DNA of 64,000 nucleotides from Enoplolaimus lenunculus (Eukaryota): NCBI GenBank assembly GCA_030248215.1, contig JASANG010002537.1, positions 1 to 64,000 of the forward strand, read 5' to 3'. Shown piece by piece: positions 11,601 to 24,100 of this stretch (position 1 is its first letter; each line of letters starts with the position of its first letter). The notes under the pieces were generated by a model. It saw only the letters and a program-made list of their open reading frames with translations, ran no database searches and was not told where the DNA came from. The position numbers and the translations under genes were made by a program.

Positions 11601-12800
11601 AAACCTACCCACCTTGTGAACAATTCAACTTGAACATTAAGTTATTTTAATTCGAGCTTATTTCATTTCTGACTCGCTTCGCTCGCGAATTTTTTCGACC
11701 CTTATAGATTACGTCTTTACGTATGTTGCCCTGGTTCTGGATAAGCTGCTGCAACTCTGTTTGATACCTCAAAAACAAGGCCTCATTTCGTGGACGGAGA
11801 AGACTTTGGATACCGTAGTTGCGGCCCTGAGGGCAACACGTGAAAAACGATACGATTTTTAGTTCATGAATTTTTTTGAGATTAAAATTTAAATTTTTGG
11901 ATATAATAATTCAATGCTTTGAAACAAAGCAATCATACACCATAACAGTTAATTGAATCCTAAAACCAAAGGTTTCCAAAATCAACAACACTTTTAATAT
12001 TCAAATTTCGTGACACAAATGAAACGCATCATTGGGTTTCAGCAACTTCATGATCATATTTTGTATGCAGAATAATAACACTTCGGCGAACCGAAACAAG
12101 AACAGTTGGTGGTGATTGTAGTCTGTTCATGCTTATTCCTGGGACGTCTCGTGTTTGTTTGCAACATTGGTTTTGTTATTACTTTTTTATAAAACTAATG
12201 TATTGAAATATTTTTCGTAATTAACAATACTTCATCATTTTCATGCTACGGTAGTTCTCTATGTATCCCATGCACTGAACTTGTTTTCTTCGCAGTTATT
12301 AATCGACTATGAAACGATAACAGGGTGTAACTCAAGGGTAGGATTTAGGTTTAGGCTTAGACTTAGGAATTGTTTTAAATTCAATCTAATAAATAATAGT
12401 ATCTCATGCTGAGAGGATGGGTATTTTCTTGTTTGAAATTAGCGTTTAAGACTGACAAGAAAATAATAATATACCATTTCATTTAACCGTTGTATGGTAG
12501 CAGGGCGCATAAGTGTGTTTTTTGATTGCAAGTGTATGACAGTATTATGTTTTAATGTTTCGGAATTCGATTGTTCTGGCATGTTGCCGTGGACATAACA
12601 AAATCCGAAAAAACATACCATGGCTATGTTACAAGAGTGGACTTAAGCTCAATTTCAGTTTTGTAAATTTTATTGTTGTTCTTACTCAAACTTGAAATCG
12701 AATTTAAAAGTCGAAGGTCACCTTTAAGACATCGGAAGTTTTATGATACAAATTTGTACCATTTTGAACCAAACGTGTTTTATCAAAATGCCGCCGTGTT

Positions 12801-13043
12801 TTATTTAAAAAATATCAGCGGGCGTCCGTTATATTTTGGCCAGTCTGCAATTTCCCACGCCGGTACTTTTCCCGCAAATCGTTTCGCAGCCAGGCCCAAA
12901 CCGCGTCTTAGTTGTTGCCTGCAATGATCGACACAATATTCAATTTGATTTTGACACACAATACTACAAAACGGACCACAACGAATTGACTCGAACGTCA
13001 ACATGCAACAAAGCATTAATAGCAATTTTTGTTGTATAATCAT
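12801..13043 (-). CDS. Small secreted Cys-hairpin peptide precursor, paralog 2 (80 aa, unknown family)
   Basis: Signal peptide ending ~SIRC; CSIVC-QNQIEY-CVDHC-RQQ; KR site; WEIADWPKY tail; AATAAA overlaps stop; same motif spacing as paralog 1. Confidence 0.75.
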   Translation of the reverse strand: MIIQQKLLLMLCCMLTFESIRCGPFCSIVCQNQIEYCVDHCRQQLRRGLGLAAKRFAGKVPAWEIADWPKYNGRPLIFFK

Positions 13044-15165
13044 TATTTTATATTTCTATGACAGTCGATATACTAAAATACTGATGATAATAATTATACT
13101 GACTCTGAAATGAACCACATTATTATTCCGTGTATGTCACCGGACATTCCTATTATTAGTGTCGGAGCTGGAGCAGGTTATGGTGGGTCGTGGGTCCCAT
13201 TCTTAATTTTAGTGTGAGGCCGCTTGCGATGATTGAACAATTTTTCAAATTCTGACGAATATTATCAGCCATTTTTTTGCTTAAAATCTTGTTAGGTGGG
13301 GTCTCCTCGTTGGAGCGAGCCCCGCTAATGGGAATATGGGGGTAGCTAGCCTGGCCCTATATTAATATATCATAGACATGTGTTGCGCAAACAGCAGCCA
13401 GAAATTGTTGGTAAGGGAGTCGAGACGATTTATAGGAAGGGGAGTGAAAATTCGCGTGCTCGGTACACTAGCAGTTTGGCGCTGTTGAAATCATTTTGAG
13501 CTGGGTGGGCGTAGATGTTCATTGGGGGGGCGCACGATCTTATCCCTCGTATTAAACAAGCCTGATTCTTTTCAGCAAACAGTGAGCGATGCGTCATAGA
13601 CACGAGCACGTCACATACTTAAGTAACTTTCGCGCTACCTGATTTGTTTTAAATTTTTGAACCAGAGATTCCTTCAAGAACTTGTTCTGTTTCCGTTGTG
13701 ACTGTTGCTTGCCTAGGGATGTTTTTTTGCGAATTTCACCAAAGCCAACTCAATCCATACTTAAATCCTAAATACAAAAAGTCTGCAGCTTCAATTAGTT
13801 TAGTTCACCAAATTGAATATATTTTAGACGGGATTTTAAGAGTACTCGAAATGATGGTCTTGATGCCGATGTGAGGGTTCGGTCAATTTTGGATCCACCA
13901 AAGTAAAAAATTAATTCTAAACAGTCACCGCTGAAATATAAACGAGACCTTCGCCTAAAACACTATTGAAAACACAGACGGATTTTAGCATAATCCTAAA
14001 TCTAAGCCTCGGCCTCAGCCTAAGAGCAAGAATAAGCCTATTCTTACGCCTAAGCCTAAGCATAAGCAAAAAATTTACTCTAAAGCTTCTGCTTACTCGA
14101 TTGCCGGCTCGCAAAATACCGCTACGCTTCTGATCTTAATATGGGCCAACAATTACGACAAAGACCTCAAGCAGTTTATAAACAGTGACCGTCAAAATAA
14201 AACCGATGCCAGCGCCTAAACACTATAACGAAGTCTTATTTTGGTTCGACAAAAACTGCAATTAGTTCGCTTTGTTTTATTGCGGTACGCAGAGCAGCCA
14301 GAAAAATTATGCAATGATACGTTACGAAATTTCATTGAATTCCTGAAGGGAATATATCCGTCCAGTGAACTCAAATAAAACCAGTTTTTGTGTTTTCGAT
14401 TTTTTAGGTACTGATGATCATACAAAATGTGTACACCTTTTTTATACGAAATACATGTGCCATAGCCATATTTGTAATTCAGACCAATACTGTGATAGAC
14501 TATTTCAATGCAGAATTACCGCCCAATCTAGCAGAATGCATTATTCGCGCTAATAAACGTGGGCCCATGCATAGACCAGAGCCGTAAGAGTATAAGGCAT
14601 AAGCCCAAGTTGCGAAAGCCTGAGTGTGTGAGGATAAGCGTATTGCTAAAGCCTAAGCCTAAGCAAAAAATTAGTCTAAACCTTAAACTTACTCTACTAT
14701 AATGCCACCAAAGAACGGTCCGCCCCTCAATTATTCATGGACCTGAGCGTGAAAGATTACGAATTTGCTAACCCTTAACCTCAGCAATAAAATTAGTCTA
14801 CGCCTTCTTACATTTACACTATTATAATTCCGCGGAAAAACGGCCTGGCCCTACACTATACATAGAGCTGAGTGTGGAAGATTAAAAATTGGTGCTTATG
14901 CATCTGTTGAACACATTTGCGGTTGGTATATGTAAAGCTTTTGTTATTTTTGTTGAGTTGAAAAAATATATGTATTGGAAACTTTGATGTTAAAATGAAA
15001 ATCAGGCACGAAACAACTAAAATCGTACGTTTCCGATATCACGAAGCATAGATTATATATGTGATCAAATTTTTTCCTTCAAAACCACAGTTGTCTGTTT
15101 TGTCGTTCATCAAAATTAAAAACACCATTCTTGACTGTTAACTAATCACGAACGACATTTGCCAC

Positions 15166-15326
15166 GTCCAATGTAAAGAACCGGATCGGAGCAGTATTAT
15201 AAGAATGTTACTAAGCCTAAAGCTTAAGCCTAAGCCTAAGCTAAGCAACAAAATTAGTCTAACGATTACGCTTACTCTATTCTAGTCCCACAGGAAAACG
15301 TTCCGCCCCTGATCTTTACATGGGCC
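15166..15326 (+). mobile_element. TTAGGC-containing MITE, type A (Merlin-like)
   Basis: Ends GTCCAATGTAAAGA / TCTTTACATGGGCC; TSD TTTGCCAC / ATTGCCAC; internal TAAGCC repeats. Confidence 0.8.
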
Positions 15327-15603
15327 ATTGCCACTATTATGTAAACTTCATGTCGATGGTAAATCGGCAAAAATATTATTGAAACATGATTATACCGTTT
15401 GTTTCAGAAAATTAAATTAAAATTAAATTTAGAGTTTTCTAAGTAGAATGTGGCACCATTTAACGGAAAATGGCTGACCGAGCGTAAAACATTGTTCTTG
15501 AAGTAAATACACAAGTACTATTATAGGATACTGCTTAATTTTTGTACACTATTGGACCAATAGTATTGGCTACAAATGCAAGGAAACATGCAACTATGTT
15601 AAG

Positions 15604-15828
15604 GGCCCGTATTCTCAAATGTGTTTAGCACCTATCACCAATAAGTGATAGTAGATCTTGTAACTTTCAAACCAGCGCATGACGAGGTTCAAAATTCAGC
15701 ACGATTTTCGCATTCGATTTGTCCTACTTGTGTACTCAAATTTTGAGATCCGCAATTGCCGATGTTCTTCTGTTTGAAAACTTATGGCTAACTAGTGATA
15801 GATGCTATTCGCACTTGAGAACACGGGC
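15604..15828. mobile_element. MITE with GCCCGT(A/G)TTCTCAA(A/G)TG inverted ends (possibly Harbinger/Tourist-like)
   Basis: GCCCGTATTCTCAAATGTG...CACTTGAGAACACGGGC, with further subterminal symmetry. Confidence 0.55.
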
Positions 15829-17699
15829 ATAGAATTTAATAGTGACCTCATTTAAACTAGCAATGATATCAAATACAATTAACATTTAAATTCGTCTTCT
15901 AAAAGTAAAAAGTTCCACTGCCATCGTTTTACGTTTAAAATTAGTTTTAATATACAACTTATCCAACACGCCCACGCGTATTGTTTATCCAGCCATTAAA
16001 GTAGTAGACGTATATATCAACCAACTAAAACACTGTTCAGGCGCTGCATAATAGACCAGTTACTAATCATCCACGTTGGTCAGCAAAGATTAGAACTTCG
16101 GCTGGTTATAATTCACACTGGACTTTATATCCCATTCGGTATTGGGTTTAAAATTACGGCTGAGCTACGACATAAAATTGCAACTTTAATTCTACGCAAT
16201 GTAGTCCCGTAGAGCGTATTTCGGAGGGAGTCAATTTGACTCACCATTTCTTGCAGTGTATACATTATTTACAAAAAAGCTTAAAAGAATAATACCATCA
16301 TTACCATATTGCCTTCAAAGAATACATGTGTACTTTGTTCGTTTACCTCAAAATGTGCCAGAGTAACAAAAACAAGTTTTAAAAGCGCTTTCGTATGAAA
16401 CTTTCAGTGCAAGCAAGTCAACGAAAACCAAATTAATAGGCTGTATTCAATAAGCAATAAAATATTTACTAGACGCCATAAGCGGTCCGCGGTAAAGTTT
16501 CTCTGTTTCCGGACCACCACGGCAGGGGAAAACTTAATGTTGCTGAAAAAGAATAATCGAGCACTATTAATATTCAACGGCAACTGTCCAAATCTGTTGT
16601 TAAGAGCTCACCTGACTTTTAGAGTGAATGAATGTTATGGCTTTAAAAGCCAAAATATTAGGACTCGACAAAATGCAATGAAAAACTTAGTAAAATAAAT
16701 GCCGTAGTAAAATAAATGCCGTACAAGTTTAGTTCAATTTTGTAAGAAAATGTACTAATTAGTCAAAGATTCTTAGTCGAAATACGCCGCAAGCCATAAA
16801 CCAATACGTATTAAAGGAAGTAAGCTGCACTAAGCTGGTGTCCCAGAAACTAGATTGCGGCTGTAATTAAAATTAAAATGTTTGAGACTTTTTAAAATCA
16901 TTTTTTAAACCGTAAAGCGGATGTGGAGTTAGAAAAACATTTGTGCATTCAAAGCTTTAACATAATATATCAATCAAATCCTTATTAGCAGTTCTATTTG
17001 TAGGTTTGAAGGTTTTTACAAAATTTTCCTATTAAATAGTAAAGTCACAAGGCACCTCTGTTTTAAAGCAAAGCAAAATACTTTTCGCTAGGCATCCGGA
17101 TAGACCGGACGACCGCAGTTCACAGGTGGCAAATCTGACGCTTATACATGGTTGTATATTGTGTGTAAACTAAATTAAGAATGAGCCCAGTTACATTTCT
17201 ATGGCTTGTACGAAAAGTGATAAAATAAACTTGCAGTACGGCTTGAATTATAAAAATAAAGTATGTTTACAATGTTTTACTTTGCTTCTTACTTTTAGCA
17301 AATAATTTTTAAAGTGTTGCAAAAAATTTTGATTTCAGACTTGTTCTTTTTAAGAAATCCCGGCTTTATTTCTGAATGTTGTATCAAAAGTTAATTCCAA
17401 ACGCAACGAACGACAAATTTTTGTAAAACTATGGAAAATTTCAATTACGAAATTGCCGGAACTAAAAGTTACATTATGCTATTTGAATACTACGCAACAA
17501 TTTTCGTTTTCATCGATTAACAAATCGTTGAGTTGTGAAGTTTTTCGTTAGGCTCCATATCTTAAAAACCCAATGTGGCCACCTTGGCAGACTGTACCTG
17601 ATGGTTAAACGCTATTGGATGAAAACCTAAATAAGAAACGTCCAATTATATTTAAATCGCTAGGCCCATGTATCGACGAGGCCCCACCCAATTTAAAAA

Positions 17700-18585
17700 G
17701 GGTAATATCCTGATTTCCCAAAATTCTAATTTTCCGGGTAATATCCCAATTTCGTAATAGCAGTGTTTGGGGTTACATGCCAATTTTGCTTGCGAAATCC
17801 AAATATCCTGGGAAAAGTTACTATGTAGGGTCCCTTAAAGTTGCGGGGGTTCCGGGGGGGGGCGGCAGCTCCCCTGAGAACATAATTTAAAAAGTTGTCT
17901 ATGTGGAGGGTGGAAGGTTTTATCTCGGGACGTTGTCGTTTATTGTATTCTCAAAGGGGTTGTGTCTCTACAACCCCCCACACACTGGCAATTTACGTAT
18001 ATATAGAATTTTAATTAAACACTGTAATTGTGTATCAAATTCATTTTCAAACAGCTAAGCCTTATCAATTTCGAAAATCCTTAGCGGAAAACGTAGTGCC
18101 CAAAATCACAATTTCCCGTGTAATATCGGAATTTTCCAAAATTCCAATTTCCCTTTTAATACCATAATTTCCCATAATCACATTTTTCCAAAATGTCGAG
18201 CGGAAAAGGCTGCGCCCAAAATCGTAATTTCCCGGGTATATACTATCCGAATTTTCCAAAATCCCAATTTCCGGATTAGCATTCCAATTTCAAAAAATCC
18301 TAATTTCGTACCCAATTTCCTGGGTATATATTCCCAAAATCCCAATGTTCGAAAGTCCTGAGCGAAGAAGGCTGCGTCAAAAATCCTAATTTCCCAAAAT
18401 TCCAATTTCCCGGGTAATATCCCAATTTCCCAAAATCCCAACATCAAAATCCCGAGTTCACCCAAAATCCAAATTTCCCGGCTCCGAATATTAAAAAAAA
18501 CCAATTTGACGGGTAAGATCTCAATTTCCCAAAATCCCAATTTGACGGGTAAGATCTCAATTTCCCAAAATCCCAATTTCCCGAG
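17700..18585. repeat. Degenerate AAAATCCCAATTTCCC-type minisatellite region
   Basis: Many TTCCCAAAATCCCAATTTCCCGGGTAATAT variants, dense over 18065-18585; similar array at 45225-45420. Confidence 0.75.
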
Positions 18586-18587
18586 TA

Positions 18588-19027
18588 CTGTATTGACCCG
18601 AATAAGAGGGGGGAGTGATATTTATTTGGGTTCTCCAGAGGGTACCCCCTTGCTATTCGGTTACGGACTGTTACTTATTTTTAACCCACGCTCCGCCGCC
18701 CTTCGTTACTGATATATCTGGTTGTGCAATTATCCGTTGAATTAAACATTTATTTGTCTTGTGTCAATAGCTTGAGCGATAATACAAGGTAATAAAATTA
18801 TGAATGTACTTTCAAAATTTAGGTACTGTTTAAAGTTTGGAACTCAAATTATTTGGTCCTGGAGTCATTTTGCGCTAAAATTAGGGATAATTGACATTTG
18901 TGGACTCTAATTAAAGTTTAGGGACTGTATCCGCTTACGGACTCTTATTAGGGATACGGACTCCTATTGATTTGGACTCAAAATGGGGACTCCCTCTTAT
19001 TACCCCCTTTTATTCGGGTCAATACAG
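18588..19027. mobile_element. Tc1/mariner-pogo-like MITE (TA TSD)
   Basis: TA|CTGTATTGACCCGAATAAGAGGGGG ... CCCCCTTTTATTCGGGTCAATACAG|TA; degenerate relative at ~35810-36148. Confidence 0.8.
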
Positions 19028-21166
19028 TAGTATCCGCGAAATTTGGGAGAGACCACTTTAGTACATGGGCCAACAGCTGCATGAAAACCGGAAAGACAAA
19101 TGTTCGCTGCGGCCACAATTTAATGGAGCGTTTGAGATATTGTATAAATAAATCTACATTAAACGCAGCTAAAGCATACAAAAATTAGTCAAGGCTGGAA
19201 GAATTTATAAATTTGAAGCTGTTGCATAAGTATATAATATAAAGGCTTTTTAAAATATAATCCATGTATGGCAACGAGGGTGCAACTGGAGGCGAAAAAT
19301 ACCGGAGCCGGATGCCAACCTAACACAATTTGCCGATGCCAGAGGTGAAGTACCTATAATGTTTTGCAAAAACTTTTGGTTAGATTTATTTTAGGAAATC
19401 CAGACAATATATTTCTCCACGCTGCACCTCACGCTTAATACAAACGCACAGATAATTTAGTTTTAACAAAGCTGTGAAAATGTTCACTTAGGAAATCGCC
19501 GAAACCTTCGTTAAACATTTTGGAGCTGATGCGGACGCCGATTTCCAGCCGGAACCGGAGGCGTAGCGTCTGTTGTAACTTGAGTAAGTTTGCTGCTTTT
19601 CAATTTAATGCTCTGGTATTCGAAAACTAAACAAAAATCTTATTTCTTTGAAAAACATTTACAAATTTCTGAAGGCCATCTTTTGATAATCAACGTTTTA
19701 GAACTTTTTGTTGTACGCCATCTTTCGAAGAGCAATTTTGTTTTTAGGACAAAGCACAAAGCATCTTCTGCGACTAGACCGCAGCGTACAAAGCGAACCT
19801 AGAACTTGCCAAAATGGATTGAATGAAAATTAAATAGGAAACTACTCCATCATATTTTATGTCTGAAAAAACTGTATTTAAGGTATATGGCTGCATAAAT
19901 TTAGATAGTGGATATATTGATAAATATCACTGCCGAGTGCCGCTGAAATTAAAATGCAACTTGGCACGGTTCAGGTCCGTGGCCAACTCACCTTGCTTTA
20001 GTAGGTAAACATTTTCCAGGAGGAACGTACATGGGTTTTGAAAAACTTTACAAGCGAGATTGAAAATTTTTAAGGGGCTAAAATTTTGATAGTGGGGCAG
20101 CGGCGTACTGAGAAATTTTGATTAGGGGGCCGCATCCAGTCAGGCCCGTGCATTTAGTTTTCTCCTAAAACAAACAGAACCCTTTAGCAGTATATACTCA
20201 TATGAATTTTTGATGGGATTTTTATGGGATTGTTTTACAATTGCTTGAAAGCTATATTTTTGTGGCAGTTATTTTCCTTGGAACTCTGCACCGTGATGTT
20301 TTATTATATTCTGTCACTGCCAAAGAAAGTAGACCATAAATGGAAATCACTTAGCTAGGCGTCTAATTTTGGATCAAGAAAGTCTTGTCAATTTGCGATA
20401 ACTCTGCAGATAAAATTGTACCACGAAATGCGCTCACCAGTGCCGGGTGTAACAGTTGCCATACCTGCAATGGAGTTCCTCACGCAAATAAAATAATATT
20501 TTTAACCAGACCTGTAATATTGACAAATGACATACCGTTCAACCCGGCTTGATGAGACAAACAAAATGGTGCAATTTTTCCTAAGTAACTCACCCTGCAA
20601 AAACAGCGTCATTAGAGCTGTGAATTTCGGAGATCTTTCTTTAATTATGTACCTAGGCAATGTTTTACTTTAAACGTTTCAGGAGGCCGCTGCACGCATG
20701 ACGAAGAGAGCCGTTTTATATATGCATATAATGGATATGCCTGTTTTTGCAGCCGGGTATTTTTACTGCTGCTGCATATGAACGTACTACATACATCAGC
20801 AGTAGTATTTGCCCGATATGTAGCATTTGCAAGAGGTTTTGCTTTCCTCCGTGCATCCGCAGACACTGTGACGAACATGGATTTGTTGAGCGGCATAATA
20901 ACAGGGTAGGCAGTTAGCACTAAGCAGGGAAATCGTGGTCGCCCCAAAATTCGAATTCACGGTCTCGTTGAGATGTCGTTAACGATTTACCAGTTTTCGG
21001 TGATAAGATTCAAAATTCTCCAACACAAATTGCTTGATACAGCACTTTGGTTATGTATACACGTCAGGTCTAGACATAATCAGTCTTGTACTATTTACTA
21101 ATTGATGGCGTTATGCATTATTTATAATTACCAAGTTTAAGCACCTTCTATATATAACTATATCAC

Positions 21167-24100
21167 ATGTCTTTACATCTAGACGCAATCGCTGGAACGA
21201 AATCTGCTCTTATCAAAGGTTAGAAATGAGGCTTACCGTTTGGTGTGATATTTTACTCACGACTCTGTATGTTTTTGCAACATTGTATATATGTACGTAT
21301 TGTATATACTTCTGATTATTTTAGCTATTAGAAACAGTAGTTAACATTTAAGAAATTTCCTTCCCTGATAAAGAACTTAATTGTTTTCTTTTAGCACAAC
21401 CTTCTCTGGCCACGTAAGTGATGTGCTGGATAGAAGTTATACATGTTTTTCTTGACCTAATGAAAACTACAATCATAGCAGGCTTAAGATTTCTTGGCAT
21501 TGCAACGTTATCATAGACCCATAGTGAAAATTTAAATCACGTATCAAATAATCAGTTTATCGTAAACGGAGTTGATGTATGACCCTCAAAAATTTGTAGA
21601 TGGTGCTGAAACTACCATCTTTACTAAATTTCTTGACTGTTGCTTTTAGGTGTTGATCTCACAAGCAATAGCTGCTGGAATTTGACTAATTGCAGTAACT
21701 TAACATCAAAGAGTGAGACTGTTGCTATAGCTGATCTAGAATGGTTGACAGAAACCGATGACAATGTATGAATATTTAACATTTTTGCGAAATCAACTTA
21801 TTTCAGATTCTTTGTATCTGATCGCACCTTGCGATTCATTTTTTTTGGTGTGCGGTCGCACCCGGGATTGGGACAGGCATTTTTTCAGTTGCTTGGTTGC
21901 TTCGTAGTTATCTTATGCATCTTAATTGTGTAATGAGTGTGCTGTTAAATTGTGGATAACATAAGCACTAGAAGTCTTTGCAGGGCATAAGCAGTAATGA
22001 TCACTTTCAAAACCAATATATTGGAATGGCACACACATTATATATGTCATAAAATTCGACATGTAATTAAATATTATTTGGTCTGAAAATTTTCAGTTCC
22101 AATTCCGGTATATTGTTGCGATTCCAATTCCGGTATATTGTTGCGATTCCAATTCCGGTGTAATTCCGTTCAGTCTGGCACCCTGCCTTGGTATTTTTCC
22201 ACCAGAAATTCATGGACCTGCCAGTGGATTCGCATTCGTGTTATAACTAAGACAACTGGTATGTTTAGAACCAAATTTTCTTTTAGATATTTTTTGTCAC
22301 AAGCTTTGGCGATGTTTGTCGGTTTAACGTTCCTTCAACATCTTGCGAACACGTGTTTTCTCTTTCTGAAAACGGTAGTGATGTATTCAAATGTTTGTGC
22401 GTCATAGATAAGAAGTGAGTGGTGTATGATAGTAATATGTCACTTTTGGATGTCATATTGGCATAGTTCGAAAGATGTGAACAAATTACCTCAGAGCAAG
22501 CGCAATTGGAGAAAAATACGTATTAAGCAAGGCAACTCCGAAAACGCATTGTTCGTTTACTCTGATGAGCCATTGCGCAATGGAAAGTTTGGATACTAAA
22601 TTTGTTGCAGCAAATCTTTGGTTGTGTTTATCTGCTTCAGTTGGCATTGAGGTTTTTAATCAAAATTGTTGAAACCCCTTTTCGTGTTTTGCAGCAATGT
22701 TTGTGTTGGGTATGAAAATGGGAGCGTAGAATGTCGTACTTTATGTGGTGATGTTCAGGTTAGTTTGTAACTTATATATTTATTAAATCTTTGAATTTGA
22801 TTTTGATTCTGTAACGATACTGTGTGCAAAGATGATGGGCTGCGCTCGACATGTCTTTTCACCTATTATCTTTAGCGTTCATTCGCTCGCATCGCATCTA
22901 TTATTGTGCCAACAGCCGAAATATGTAAAGTAACTTCGAATTAATCTGTGCCATTTCCATGTAATATTAATTGTGATTACTACTTTTCAACAAAGTTCAA
23001 TGTAGCATTGCAGTATTGCGTTCTTTGTATCTTGTAGTGCTCAAATTTTAGATTTTGATATTTCAGTTTTCTATAGCCGCTGGTCCTAACCTGGCATGCG
23101 TCCGTCAAGATACAGAAAGACGGGTTTTAACCGGTGGCAAGGATAATCCGCTGAAGCAATGGGATTTGGAAAATTTTAGCAAACCTACATTTATAGCGAA
23201 ATCAGTAAGATTTCTGTTTAAGTGTAGTTGTATATACTTTGTTATTCTGCTGATTTTATGCAGGTTATTACTAAAGGTAAGATAAATGAAATTATTACAG
23301 AAAGTCCGAACTCTGAATGTTAATGACGCTGACGCAGCGTGTGTTTCAATTGGTAGATCTATAATGCAACGGAAGAGTTTCCTGGTCGCCATTTTTAGTT
23401 ATTCTGTATAAAATGTTATAGCAGCCTGAAAATTGGTTATGCATTCGTCGGAGAGAATGGGTCACAGATTGTAGAGCAATTCCTGGTACAAGCTCAATTG
23501 CCACAGTTACAGCTTACCATGAGGTATGTTAGAATTGCATTTCGAAACAGCGAAAATTAGTGATGTAAAGTATTCAAGGGTGGCTAACACATGTTGCATG
23601 TCTTCAACAGCTGTTTAAGTTTAGTTTTGCCAATTTTAATAAATAGAACATCGCTTACCCCTTGACATATAATTGATGAGTTAAACGTATTTTTCTTTCA
23701 TAGTTTTGAAGGTGATTTACCAAGCTATGATAAACGTAAGAACGTCGGTAGTCGCAGCAGACTACCGCATAAGCAGTGAATTGTAAGTAAAGTGTTTGCT
23801 GACTGTCGAAATCATTTCAGGTTCGGTTGTATGATACAAAATCTAATCAAAGGCGACCTGTAGCAGAATTTATGTTTGGTGAAAGTCCGTTCAGATGCCT
23901 AAGTTTGACGCACCGTGAACAGTAGGTTACTTTGTTTGAGCAACATGTCTTAGTAGTTCAGTTAAAAGAAAGACACATTCCGTTCATTTTTGATTGATCC
24001 AAGTTGCACATGATGGATGCTATCTGCGTTCGTGTTCTCAACCAACCGGTGATATATGCAACAAACTATAGAATCTGGGCTCTGATGTAAGAGTTTGGTA

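Noticed and set aside
18065..18712. ORFs with LGFWEIGIL-type repeats
   Set aside because: Translations of the minisatellite; no gene structure.
20680..20760. Phospholipase A2-like motif (AYNGYACFC) on the plus strand
   Set aside because: No Gly-rich Ca loop and no in-frame CCxxHDxC catalytic motif.
24005..24088. C/D box snoRNA in WDR74 intron 7 (ATGATGG...CTGA)
   Set aside because: Imperfect C box, minimal terminal stem, and no convincing rRNA-complementary guide; would need snoscan or Infernal.
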